A stretch of 64,000 bases of DNA from an uncultured cyanobacterium. Its GTDB lineage: Bacteria; Cyanobacteriota; Cyanobacteriia; Cyanobacteriales; CAWCAG01. The position numbers were made by a program, and so were the translations under genes. The notes beneath the pieces are model-generated. The model was not told the origin of the DNA. It worked only from the letters and a program-made list of their open reading frames with translations, and ran no database searches. The stretch is taken from contig CAWDOD010000007.1 in assembly GCA_963803805.1 (NCBI GenBank), forward strand, positions 211,717-275,716. The letters run 5' to 3'. Below are positions 11,156-20,576 of this stretch, one piece after another (position 1 is the first letter of the stretch; each line of letters starts with the position of its first letter).

Positions 11156-11264
11156 AAAATATCAACTCTCTCCACCTAAGTTGAGGTTAGTTTAAAACAC
11201 ATCTTATCTAAAAACCCAGGAATACTATGATAGATGTTTAATAATAAATAAGAATTGCTATATT

Positions 11265-11930
11265 ATGTGTTGGTTCCAATCATCTTATCCCCACTCCACT
11301 CCCCAGTTGCAACAATTGATGCAGCAAGTAGGCATTTCTAGTTATGAAGAACTTAGGAAAAAATCGGGAGTTGGAGAAAGGCAAATTATCCGCTTGCGTT
11401 ATGGATTAGTATTACAAACAAAGGCAGAAACTCTGGTCAAGTTAGCACAAACTTTACAAATATCTGTAGACGAATTAATTAAAGTTTTGTCCTCAAAACC
11501 TGTGGCGCAAGCATCAGCAATATCTCCAGGGACAAGGCAATTAAAACAGGAATATCAGCGTTTGCAAAAGCAAATGGCAAACCAAAAAGAAAGTTTGCAA
11601 CAAGAGTTTCAACAACAGAGTCTGCAAACCCTAGAATCTTGGATGATTCAATGGCCTACTGCTGCTGCGGCTGTGGAGAATAATCCTGAGTTGCCAGCTA
11701 CAAGATTGTTGCCTTTAATTAAACCAGTAAGCCAACTTTTGCAACATTGGGGAGTTAAGGCGATCGCTTCTGTTGGGGAAGAAGTATCCTACAACCCCCA
11801 ACAGCATCAACTAATGTCAGGAAAAGCCCAGGCAGGAGATACTGTTAAGGTGCGTTATATAGGCTATTCCTGGCAGAATAAGTTGCTTTATCGTGCTAAG
11901 GTAAGCCCTGTGGGAGAAGGGAGAAAGTAG
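11265..11930 (+). CDS. Cro/C1-type HTH protein with a coiled coil and a GrpE-like C-terminal domain
   Basis: HTH (SYEELRKKSGV...KLAQTLQISVDEL) and a GrpE-like tail (YNPQQHQ...VRYIGY...LLYRAKV). Confidence 0.75.
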   Translation: MCWFQSSYPHSTPQLQQLMQQVGISSYEELRKKSGVGERQIIRLRYGLVLQTKAETLVKLAQTLQISVDELIKVLSSKPVAQASAISPGTRQLKQEYQRLQKQMANQKESLQQEFQQQSLQTLESWMIQWPTAAAAVENNPELPATRLLPLIKPVSQLLQHWGVKAIASVGEEVSYNPQQHQLMSGKAQAGDTVKVRYIGYSWQNKLLYRAKVSPVGEGRK

Positions 11931-11984
11931 TCAGTTAAAGAATATACTATTTCCTTACTCCTAATTCGGCTTCCCCCTTGCCCA

Positions 11985-12752
11985 CTAACGAAAATTGTCA
12001 GGATTTAAGGTACGTCCAGGAGAAGAACTCTCGGAAGTAGAAGGGCGTAACATTGTACCTGTACCGCCATCCTTATAATCTAAGTAAGGTTTGAGGTTGA
12101 TGCCTCTACTTCCTACATTGTTGTTACCCCCCAAGGTGGATAAATCTACCCCCAGGAGATCCCCTACAGGATTTAACCAATCGTTGTTACCATCTCCTGT
12201 ATAGGTGTTCACTCCTTGAGTTGACTGCCCGCTATCAGCAACGGTTAGATTCTCAAAAACTAAATCCCTTACTACTTCAGGATTTTTACCAGGAGGTACA
12301 GTTAACACAATGCGACAATCTGGTTCAACTTCTGTAGTGACGCAAAGAACATTATAGTTGTTTTCTACCCCTGTGGTTAATTCTACCAAACCGTCAGGGC
12401 GATAGGATTCTAAACGGCTGGTAATTGCTTCGCAACGTTTTTGAGGACTCCAACCGCCTCCCATTTGAGAAGGAATAGCCCAAGCATAGGATTCCTCCGG
12501 TTGGCTTTCAGGATTGTACATAACCGTGTACTGACCTTCATAAACTTCGCAGGTAAAACGAACCCCAGTTGTATTGCTGCCCGATTCCGTTGTTTGAGGA
12601 TCAGTGTCAACAACCACATCGGGAGGGGCTTGAGTTAGAAGCAAATCTGCACTGGCGCTACTGCTTAAAAAAGCAATGCTACCAAGGGAAAAAGTAATGG
12701 TTTTTAAGCTAGAGAAGAATAGTTTTTGCGTTTTGGGGTGTGAGGGCAACAT
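11985..12752 (-). CDS. COP23 domain exported protein
   Basis: Signal peptide, RFTC, GGGWSPQKRCEAITSRL, NVLCV. Confidence 0.85.
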   Translation of the reverse strand: MLPSHPKTQKLFFSSLKTITFSLGSIAFLSSSASADLLLTQAPPDVVVDTDPQTTESGSNTTGVRFTCEVYEGQYTVMYNPESQPEESYAWAIPSQMGGGWSPQKRCEAITSRLESYRPDGLVELTTGVENNYNVLCVTTEVEPDCRIVLTVPPGKNPEVVRDLVFENLTVADSGQSTQGVNTYTGDGNNDWLNPVGDLLGVDLSTLGGNNNVGSRGINLKPYLDYKDGGTGTMLRPSTSESSSPGRTLNPDNFR

Positions 12753-13028
12753 GGGAACTATTTTTTTATAAAGATTAAATGACTATGATATTTGGCTTGA
12801 GTTACTTCAAGCCCTAAAATTTCCAAGACCTTTTTAATTTTGAATTGTTCCGCTCTTAGTTAGTTGATACGCTTATTCAGTAAATACAACAGATATTAGG
12901 CAAATAAAAGTAATACTATTCGGAGATTACTCTCCAAGAAAGAGTCTATCAATAGGTGTGAATTCTTAGCTTTTACAGAAGATTTAATTAAAAATAGGAC
13001 AGTTACTTAAACATTCAAAATGCCTGAA

Positions 13029-14771
13029 ATGAAAACTTTGACTGTCACCAATACAGCAGATAAAGGGAAAGGTTCTCTGCGAGAGACAATCAATAATGCG
13101 AAGTCAGGAGATAGGATTATTTTCGCTTCTGGTTTGGCTAACAAAACAATTAACATTAGCAGGCTTAGGTTTGATATTGATAAGGATCTAACCATAGATG
13201 GAAACAATGCCCCCGGCTTAACTATTAGCGGTGGCAAAAAGAATCAAATATTTCATTTGAAGGGAAATAATCGAGAATTCAATCTACGTAACCTAACTTT
13301 AGCTGACGGCTTTGTGAAAAATGGTCCTGGGGCAGCTATATGGGCAGCTAATGCTCAAGCCAAAATAGAAGTAGAAAATGTCGTTTTCACCAATAACATT
13401 TCCCGTACAGGAAGTGCAATATGGGCTAAAGATGGGGCTGAGGTTACAGTAATTGGCAGTCAATTTGATGGCAACAAAGCGACTAAGACAGGTTCTGATG
13501 TTGCCGCAGGAGCGATCGCGGTTTTTGATCAAAGTGAACTTGTGGTTCAAGGTAGCAAGTTTACAAACAACCAAGGAGATGCTGGGGGGGCGATTAGTAC
13601 TGTTTTTACAGAGGTAATTATTGAAGACTCTGAGTTTATCAACAACAAAAGTAGAAGATTCAGCGGTGCAGTTAATATTGATGGGGCGAGCATCCCTACG
13701 CGAGATCGCTACAACCCAGCGAATCTAGTCGGAGATGGTCAACCAGGAGAAATAATCCTCAAAAATAACCTCTTTAAGAAGAACCAAGCTACAGATTCGG
13801 GTGGGGGCTTAACAGTGTGGGGTTATGACCAGGATTCAGTATTGATTGATAACAATACTTTCATCGGCAACAAAGTAAGTAAGAATTCAAGAGGCGAAGC
13901 AAGGGGAGGAGGACTGCGGGTAGCAGGTTTTGCTACCATCAAAAACTCGACATTTACCAACAATGAATCAGAGCAAAATGGTGGTGGTTTATGGTATCAA
14001 GGAGAAGTTCCTATTAAGGTTATTAATAGTAACTTTTCTGAGAACAAAGCCAAAGAATTTGGTGGGGCAATTTATAACGGACAATGGGGTAGCGAAACGA
14101 CTATCAAAGGTACAGAATTCATCAAAAACTTAGCAGGAAAAGAAGCAGGAGCTATTTATACCGCGAAGAATCACCCTATTACCATCGAAGATTCTATTTT
14201 TGATGATAATGAAGCCAACAACATCGCTGCCACGAAAAACTCGAACTATGAAGTTGTCCGCAAAGCTAGCGACAAGTTTTTGCTAACAGAAGAAAATATT
14301 CTTTATCAAGGTGATCGCCGGGAAGATCAATTTACTGGAGGGGAGGGGGATGATCTTCTTCTAGGAAGCGGTGGCAATGATACCTTGATAGGACAAGGAG
14401 GTAATGATACCCTCCAAGGAGATAGCGGTAAAAATATTCTTGACGGTGGGGCAGGTAATGATCGCTTCATTGGTGGTACAGGACAAGATATCTTTATCGG
14501 CGGTTTAGGTGCTGACAAGTATATCCTTGGTGATCGTAGGGAGAGTTTTTACAATAAGACTCGTAACCAAGATCAAGCTATTATCCAAGATTTTGATGCT
14601 GATGAAGATACCATCCAACTCAGGGGTAAGGCTTCTGATTATAGTTTAGGTTCTATTACTATAGGTAAGCACTCAGGTACAGGCATTTTCGGTAACAATC
14701 TCATTGCTTTAGTAGCAGATGTAGATCCCAAAGATTTTAACCTCAAAGCTGATTATGTTGATTATGTTTAA
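13029..14771 (+). CDS. Secreted parallel beta-helix (Pmp-like GGAI/FxxN repeats) protein with RTX Ca-binding repeats, copy 1
   Basis: VTNTADKGKGSLRETI N-terminus, repeated FxxN..GGAI motifs and GGxGxD nonapeptides. ATG 13029 aligns with the start of copy 2 (ORF track start 13020). Confidence 0.88.
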   Translation: MKTLTVTNTADKGKGSLRETINNAKSGDRIIFASGLANKTINISRLRFDIDKDLTIDGNNAPGLTISGGKKNQIFHLKGNNREFNLRNLTLADGFVKNGPGAAIWAANAQAKIEVENVVFTNNISRTGSAIWAKDGAEVTVIGSQFDGNKATKTGSDVAAGAIAVFDQSELVVQGSKFTNNQGDAGGAISTVFTEVIIEDSEFINNKSRRFSGAVNIDGASIPTRDRYNPANLVGDGQPGEIILKNNLFKKNQATDSGGGLTVWGYDQDSVLIDNNTFIGNKVSKNSRGEARGGGLRVAGFATIKNSTFTNNESEQNGGGLWYQGEVPIKVINSNFSENKAKEFGGAIYNGQWGSETTIKGTEFIKNLAGKEAGAIYTAKNHPITIEDSIFDDNEANNIAATKNSNYEVVRKASDKFLLTEENILYQGDRREDQFTGGEGDDLLLGSGGNDTLIGQGGNDTLQGDSGKNILDGGAGNDRFIGGTGQDIFIGGLGADKYILGDRRESFYNKTRNQDQAIIQDFDADEDTIQLRGKASDYSLGSITIGKHSGTGIFGNNLIALVADVDPKDFNLKADYVDYV

Positions 14772-14829
14772 GACTAGAGAATGAAGTGATCGCCTCAGTC
14801 TTAAAGAATAAGCAATATTTTTATAACAG

Positions 14830-14863
14830 GTCAGTGAAGAGTCTTTTCTTTCACTGACTTTTT
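14830..14863 (+). terminator. Intrinsic terminator after RTX copy 1
   Basis: GTCAGTGAA...TTCACTGAC followed by a T-run. Confidence 0.7.
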
Positions 14864-15046
14864 CTTGCTTCTTACTTTTCATATCTCTAGCGAAATCGTA
14901 TAAACACGATGCTTTGTAGAATTATCTCCTCATGCAAAATCAATTTACTAAGTATAATTTTTTACTTTCTTAAACAAAAATAAATTGTTAATGTTATAAA
15001 TACTCACTAATATGTAACAATTACTTAAATTATTTAAGATACCTAT

Positions 15047-16789
15047 ATGCAAACTTGGACTGTCACTAATACAGCAGATAAAGGGAAAGGTTCTCTGCGA
15101 GAGACAATTGCTCAGGCTAAATCAGGAGATAGGATTATTTTTGCTTCTAGTTTAGCCAAGAAAAAGATTGTCCTTGGTAAACGCAGGTTTAATATTGATA
15201 AGGATCTAACCATAGATGGAAACAATGCCCCCGGCTTAACTATTAGCGGTGGCAAAAAGAATCAAATATTTCATTTGAAGGGAAATAATCGAGAATTCAA
15301 TCTACGTAACCTAACTTTAGCTGACGGCTTTGTGAAAAATGGTCCTGGGGCAGCTATATGGGCAGCTAATGCTCAAGCCAAAATAGAAGTAGAAAATGTC
15401 GTTTTCACCAATAACATTTCCCGTACAGGAAGTGCAATATGGGCTAAAGATGGGGCTGAGGTTACAGTGATTGGCAGTCAATTTGATGGCAACAAAGCGA
15501 CTAAGACAGGTTCTGATGTTGCCGCAGGAGCGATCGCGGTTTTTGATCAAAGTGAACTTGTGGTTAGAGGCAGCAAATTTACCAGAAACCAAGGAGATGC
15601 CGGGGGGGCAATTAGTACTGTTTTTACAGAGGTAATTATTAAAGACTCTGAGTTTATCAACAACAAAAGTAGAAGATTCAGCGGTGCAGTTAATATTGAT
15701 GGGGCGAGCATCCCTACGCGAGATCGCTACAACCCAGCGAATCTAGTCGGAGATGGTCAACCAGGAGAAATAATCCTCAAAAATAACCTCTTTAAGAAGA
15801 ACCAAGCTACAGATTCGGGTGGGGGCTTAACAGTGTGGGGTTATGACCAGGATTCAGTATTGATTGATAACAATACTTTCATCGGCAACAAAGTAAGTAA
15901 GAATTCAAGAGGCGAAGCAAGGGGAGGAGGACTGCGGGTAGCAGGTTTTGCTACCATCAAAAACTCGACATTTACCAACAATGAATCAGAGCAAAATGGT
16001 GGTGGTTTATGGTATCAAGGAGAAGTTCCTATTAAGGTTATTAATAGTAACTTTTCTGAGAACAAAGCCAAAGAATTTGGTGGGGCAATTTATAACGGAC
16101 AATGGGGTAGCGAAACGACTATCAAAGGTACAGAATTCATCAAAAACTTAGCAGGAAAAGAAGCAGGAGCTATTTATACCGCGAAGAATCACCCTATTAC
16201 CATCGAAGATTCTATTTTTGAGAATAATAGAGCGAAACAAATAGCAGCCACGAAAAACTCGAACTATGAAGTTGTCCGCAAAGCTAGCGACAAGTTTTTG
16301 CTAACAGAAGAAAATATTCTTTACCAAGGTAATGGTAGAGACAACAAAATTACTGGTGGTAAAGGCGATGATCGCCTAGAAGGACGTGGCGGAAATGATA
16401 TTTTAATAGGGGGGGCCGGTAATGACATCCTCCAAGGAGATAGCGGTAAAAATATTCTTGACGGTGGGGCAGGTAATGATCGCTTCATTGGTGGTACAGG
16501 ACAAGATATCTTTATCGGCGGTTTAGGTGCTGACAGGTACATCCTGGGCGATAGTCGAGGCAGTTTTTACAATAAGACCCGTAATCAAGGTCAAGCTGTT
16601 ATCAAAGATTTTAATACTGATGAAGATACTATCCAACTTAGTGGCAAACCTTCTGACTACAGGTTAGGTTCTATTACTGTAGGTAAGCACTCAGGTACAG
16701 GCATTTTCGACAATAATCTCATTGCTGTGATAGCAGATGTCAAACTCAAGGAATTTAGCCTTAAAGCCGACTATATAGATTACATCTAA
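15047..16789 (+). CDS. Secreted beta-helix/RTX protein, copy 2
   Basis: Tandem paralog of 13029-14771 with a nearly identical central region. Confidence 0.88.
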   Translation: MQTWTVTNTADKGKGSLRETIAQAKSGDRIIFASSLAKKKIVLGKRRFNIDKDLTIDGNNAPGLTISGGKKNQIFHLKGNNREFNLRNLTLADGFVKNGPGAAIWAANAQAKIEVENVVFTNNISRTGSAIWAKDGAEVTVIGSQFDGNKATKTGSDVAAGAIAVFDQSELVVRGSKFTRNQGDAGGAISTVFTEVIIKDSEFINNKSRRFSGAVNIDGASIPTRDRYNPANLVGDGQPGEIILKNNLFKKNQATDSGGGLTVWGYDQDSVLIDNNTFIGNKVSKNSRGEARGGGLRVAGFATIKNSTFTNNESEQNGGGLWYQGEVPIKVINSNFSENKAKEFGGAIYNGQWGSETTIKGTEFIKNLAGKEAGAIYTAKNHPITIEDSIFENNRAKQIAATKNSNYEVVRKASDKFLLTEENILYQGNGRDNKITGGKGDDRLEGRGGNDILIGGAGNDILQGDSGKNILDGGAGNDRFIGGTGQDIFIGGLGADRYILGDSRGSFYNKTRNQGQAVIKDFNTDEDTIQLSGKPSDYRLGSITVGKHSGTGIFDNNLIAVIADVKLKEFSLKADYIDYI

Positions 16790-16808
16790 ATTCGTTATTA
16801 TCTTATCA

Positions 16809-17468
16809 ATGACAAAAGTATTGCAACTTGGTCAACAACAAATACCCTTAGAACAACTTCCTTTTTTATTAGATAAGTATGAGCTTCTGCCTGCCTTGGC
16901 AGAAGAGATGATTATAGATCAGGCGATCGCTTCAATAGATTTAACACCAGAGGAACAGCCCCAGGGGGTAAGAGAGGAACGGGGAGGCTTACGTAGAGCG
17001 AAAATTCATAAGTTTAAACAGCTTACCTGGGGACATGAACTTAAATCTCATTTCCTAAAATACAGAAGAAAGCTAGATCGGGCAACCTACTATCTTCTAC
17101 GTCATCGCGAGGAGAAGATTATTCAAGAACTCTATTTTCGCCTCCAAGAAAAAGAGCAATCTTTTGCAGAACTAGCGAGGGAATACTCTCAAGGCAGTGA
17201 AGCAAAAAGGGGGGGTTTGGTTAATGGGGTGCAGTTGAGTACATTGCACCCTACTTTAGCTGCAATGCTATCAAGTAGCGAACCAGGAGAAATTTTACCA
17301 GTGACGAAGTTAGATGATTGGTACATTATTGTTAGCTTGCAAGAGTTTATTCCTGCCCAATTTAATGAAACCCTGCAACAGCAATTACTAGAGCAACTTT
17401 TTCAAGAGTGGCTAGAATTTCAGTTGTCGCTTATTAATGTAAGAAATCTTATTTCTGTTGATGCCTGA
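16809..17468 (+). CDS. Parvulin-type peptidylprolyl isomerase associated with type I secretion
   Basis: QELYFRLQEKEQSFAELAREYSQGSEAKRGG. Confidence 0.88.
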   Translation: MTKVLQLGQQQIPLEQLPFLLDKYELLPALAEEMIIDQAIASIDLTPEEQPQGVREERGGLRRAKIHKFKQLTWGHELKSHFLKYRRKLDRATYYLLRHREEKIIQELYFRLQEKEQSFAELAREYSQGSEAKRGGLVNGVQLSTLHPTLAAMLSSSEPGEILPVTKLDDWYIIVSLQEFIPAQFNETLQQQLLEQLFQEWLEFQLSLINVRNLISVDA

Positions 17469-17541
17469 CTATTGCTTTTTCATTTTTGACTCTCTAAAAA
17501 ATGGCAGACTATTAAATTAATTAAAATAAGCTGTAGTTCTT

Positions 17542-17570
17542 ACCTATTACCTATTACCTGTTACCTATTA
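17542..17570. repeat. Heptamer short tandem repeat (STRR-like)
   Basis: (ACCTATT)n, four degenerate copies. Other heptamer runs occur near 1756, 7226, 24342, 27200 and 36595. Confidence 0.75.
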
Positions 17571-17608
17571 GATCACCTATGGGGGTGATCTAATATACCT
17601 GATAGCTT

Positions 17609-20524
17609 ATGACAATGCTCCAATTCTTAGCTCAGGTTTATCCTCTCAATCTGTTGACTCGTAAGGAATTAGAGGAGGTTGCAGCCCAATTGCAACCCCA
17701 TCGTTATTCTATGGGTAGGGAGATCCTTAAAGGAGAAATGCTGCCCCGCCATGTGGGTATCCTCCATCAAGGACAAGCTCGTTTAGTGGCTGATGAACCC
17801 TATAGCGATCGCCGGGTTACTTTGAAGTTGTTGCAACCTGGGGCTATGGTTGGGGCTGTGAGTTGGTTGCGTCAAGTTCCTTGTGAGATTGTTACGGCTA
17901 GGGATGAGTGCATTCTTTTGACTTTAACTCAAGAAGAATTTGCTCGTTGCTTAGATATTTATCCTCAACTTAAAAAAGCTTTTGCACAACAAATTACTTT
18001 CCTAGAAATCTTTACTGTTTTAAAGTTGGCAGTGGAGAAACAACCCTATGAGATCGAGGATTTCCGTGGATTAGTTTCTCAAGTACTTCCTGCAGCAACC
18101 TTAGCTTGCTTACCATTTGGAACAAATGCAACAGAGAACCTAGATAGGGAAAGGATTTGGTTAGTTAGTAGTGGCAAAGTTGTTGGTTTTTCCATTGGTA
18201 CTTGTTTGGATCTGGAGCAAAAATATGTGGAGGTTGAGGGGAACGAAGCCAGATTAATCGGTTTGCCGAGAACTCAATGGCAATCATTATTTAATAGGGT
18301 TACTTCTTCTGTCCCGGAGTTTTTAAAAACAGAAATCACCGATAGTCCAGGATTAGAAGGGCCAATTTCTTTAGATTTTGCCCCAGTAAAATACCCTTTA
18401 GTTCGAGGTAGAGGCTGTGTAAATTCTACCTTAGCTTGTTTGGAGATGGTTAGTAAGTATATGGGTATGCCCTTTCGTAAAGCTTCCTTGCAGCGCATTT
18501 TAATAGAACAAATGGCTCGCAGCGGGAAAATATCTCTGTTGCAATTAGGGGCGATCGCAGAATTAATGGGGTTAAAGGGGCAGGTAGTTAAATTTAAAGG
18601 TGAAGCTATTGCCCGTCTTCCTACTCCAGCTTTGATTCCTTGGCAAGATAGTTTAGTTCTACTTTATGAAAGTGATCCTCGTATCTTAATTTTAGCAAGT
18701 CCAGAGTTTGGGTTGCGTCACTACAAAGTGGCCCAATTTCTTGATCTTTGGGGAGATGAAGGTGAAGCGTTACTTCTGGAAGCAACGAAGGAAACTCCTC
18801 AAAAAAAGTTTGGCTTTAGTTGGTTTGTCCCTTCTTTATTACGCTATAGAGGAGTGCTTTTAGAAGTCTTTTTAGCCTCTTTCTTTGTGCAGCTATTTGC
18901 TTTAGCCAATCCTCTACTTATTCAAAATATTATCGATAAAGTTATTGTTCAAAATAACCTAGGTGCGTTGCAAGCATTAGGATTTCTCCTCTTAATTATG
19001 GCGGTTTTTGAGTCTGTCTTGACTAGCTTACGTACTTACTTATTTGCAGATACAACTAATCGAATAGATTTAAGTTTAGGTACAGAAATCATCAACCATC
19101 TCTTACGCTTACCCTTAAGCTATTTTGAAAAGCGTTCTGTCGGGGAATTATCTAGTCGTGTTAATGAGTTAGAAAATATTCGTTCTTTTTTAACAGGAAC
19201 AGCTTTAACTATAGTTTTGGATGCAGTTTTTTCTCTTATTTATATTGGGGTGATGCTGCTATATAATCCCCTCCTCACCTTAGTTGCTTTGGGAACAGTA
19301 CCTTTATTCATTGGTCTTACTTTAATTGCTTCCCCTTTAATCCAAAAACAGTTAAGACTCAAAGCAGAACAAAATGCTAAAACTCAATCTTATTTGGTGC
19401 AGGTTTTAAACGGTATCCACACCGTTAAGGCCCAGAATTTAGAAAGACATTCCCGTAATGTTTGGCAACAACGCTATGGTCATTATGTAGTTGATAGTTT
19501 CCAAACTGTAATTACTGGTACTTTAGCAAGTTCTGCTAGCAATTTCTTGAATAAAGTTTCCCAGCTATTAGTAATTTGGGTAGGAGCCTATTTAGTAGTA
19601 ACAGGAAAGTTGAGCTTAGGAGAATTAATTGCTTTTCGGATTATTTCTGGTTATGTAACTTCTCCTTTAATGCGCCTCGCACAAATTTGGCAAAACTTCC
19701 AAGAAACTGCTCTTTCTTTAGAAAGACTGAGGGATATTTTAAATCGCCCCCAAGAACAAAATCCTGAAGAGAGAAACAATATTCCTCTACCTTTAATTAA
19801 AGGGAAGGTTCAGTATAAAAATGTTTCTTTCCAGTTTTCAAATAGTAAACAACTACAACTAGATAAAATTAATTTACAAGTTTCCCCAGGAACTTTTGTA
19901 GCTATTGTTGGTCAAAGCGGTTCTGGAAAAAGCACTTTAACCAAGTTGTTAGTGAGATTTTATCATCCTAACCAAGGGAAAATTTTAATTGATAACTACG
20001 ACATTGCAAAGATAGAACTTTATTCTCTACGCCGTCAAATGGGGGTAGTTCCTCAAGATAGTTTGTTATTTGAAGGTACTGTACAAGAAAATATTGCTCT
20101 AACCAATCCCGAAGCTACCATTGAAGAAATTATTGCTGCGGCTCAAGTTGCCGTTGCCCATGACTTTATTATGAATTTGCCCAATGGTTACAACACCAAT
20201 GTTGGCGAAAGGGGTTCTACTCTTTCCGGAGGGCAGAGACAACGCATTGCCATCGCTCGTACGATACTACAAAACCCCCGAATGCTTATCCTTGATGAAG
20301 CTACTAGCGCCCTAGATTATGCCACTGAACAACAAGTCTGTTTAAATTTAGCTCAAACAGCAGGTGATCGTACAGTATTTTTTATTACCCATCGTCTCAA
20401 TACAATTAAGAATGCAGACTTAATTTTAGTAATGGATAATGGTCAAATTATTGAACAAGGAAACCATCAAGAATTAATGGCTTTGAAAGGCAATTATTAC
20501 TGTCTTTACAGCGAAAAAATTTAA
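17609..20524 (+). CDS. Type I secretion ABC transporter (cNMP-binding + C39-like + ABC membrane + ATPase), HlyB family
   Basis: GQSGSGKST, LSGGQRQRIAIAR, ILDEATSALD, N-terminal cNMP-like domain and a C39-like domain (LACLEM). Confidence 0.95.
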   Translation: MTMLQFLAQVYPLNLLTRKELEEVAAQLQPHRYSMGREILKGEMLPRHVGILHQGQARLVADEPYSDRRVTLKLLQPGAMVGAVSWLRQVPCEIVTARDECILLTLTQEEFARCLDIYPQLKKAFAQQITFLEIFTVLKLAVEKQPYEIEDFRGLVSQVLPAATLACLPFGTNATENLDRERIWLVSSGKVVGFSIGTCLDLEQKYVEVEGNEARLIGLPRTQWQSLFNRVTSSVPEFLKTEITDSPGLEGPISLDFAPVKYPLVRGRGCVNSTLACLEMVSKYMGMPFRKASLQRILIEQMARSGKISLLQLGAIAELMGLKGQVVKFKGEAIARLPTPALIPWQDSLVLLYESDPRILILASPEFGLRHYKVAQFLDLWGDEGEALLLEATKETPQKKFGFSWFVPSLLRYRGVLLEVFLASFFVQLFALANPLLIQNIIDKVIVQNNLGALQALGFLLLIMAVFESVLTSLRTYLFADTTNRIDLSLGTEIINHLLRLPLSYFEKRSVGELSSRVNELENIRSFLTGTALTIVLDAVFSLIYIGVMLLYNPLLTLVALGTVPLFIGLTLIASPLIQKQLRLKAEQNAKTQSYLVQVLNGIHTVKAQNLERHSRNVWQQRYGHYVVDSFQTVITGTLASSASNFLNKVSQLLVIWVGAYLVVTGKLSLGELIAFRIISGYVTSPLMRLAQIWQNFQETALSLERLRDILNRPQEQNPEERNNIPLPLIKGKVQYKNVSFQFSNSKQLQLDKINLQVSPGTFVAIVGQSGSGKSTLTKLLVRFYHPNQGKILIDNYDIAKIELYSLRRQMGVVPQDSLLFEGTVQENIALTNPEATIEEIIAAAQVAVAHDFIMNLPNGYNTNVGERGSTLSGGQRQRIAIARTILQNPRMLILDEATSALDYATEQQVCLNLAQTAGDRTVFFITHRLNTIKNADLILVMDNGQIIEQGNHQELMALKGNYYCLYSEKI

Positions 20525-20576
20525 TTGTAAAATTCAGAACTAAAAATTACCACCTATTACCTATTGCTTGAAAATA

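Noticed and set aside
13029-16789. Paralog pair as a diversity-generating retroelement TR/VR
   Set aside because: Differences are not adenine-restricted and no reverse transcriptase is present.
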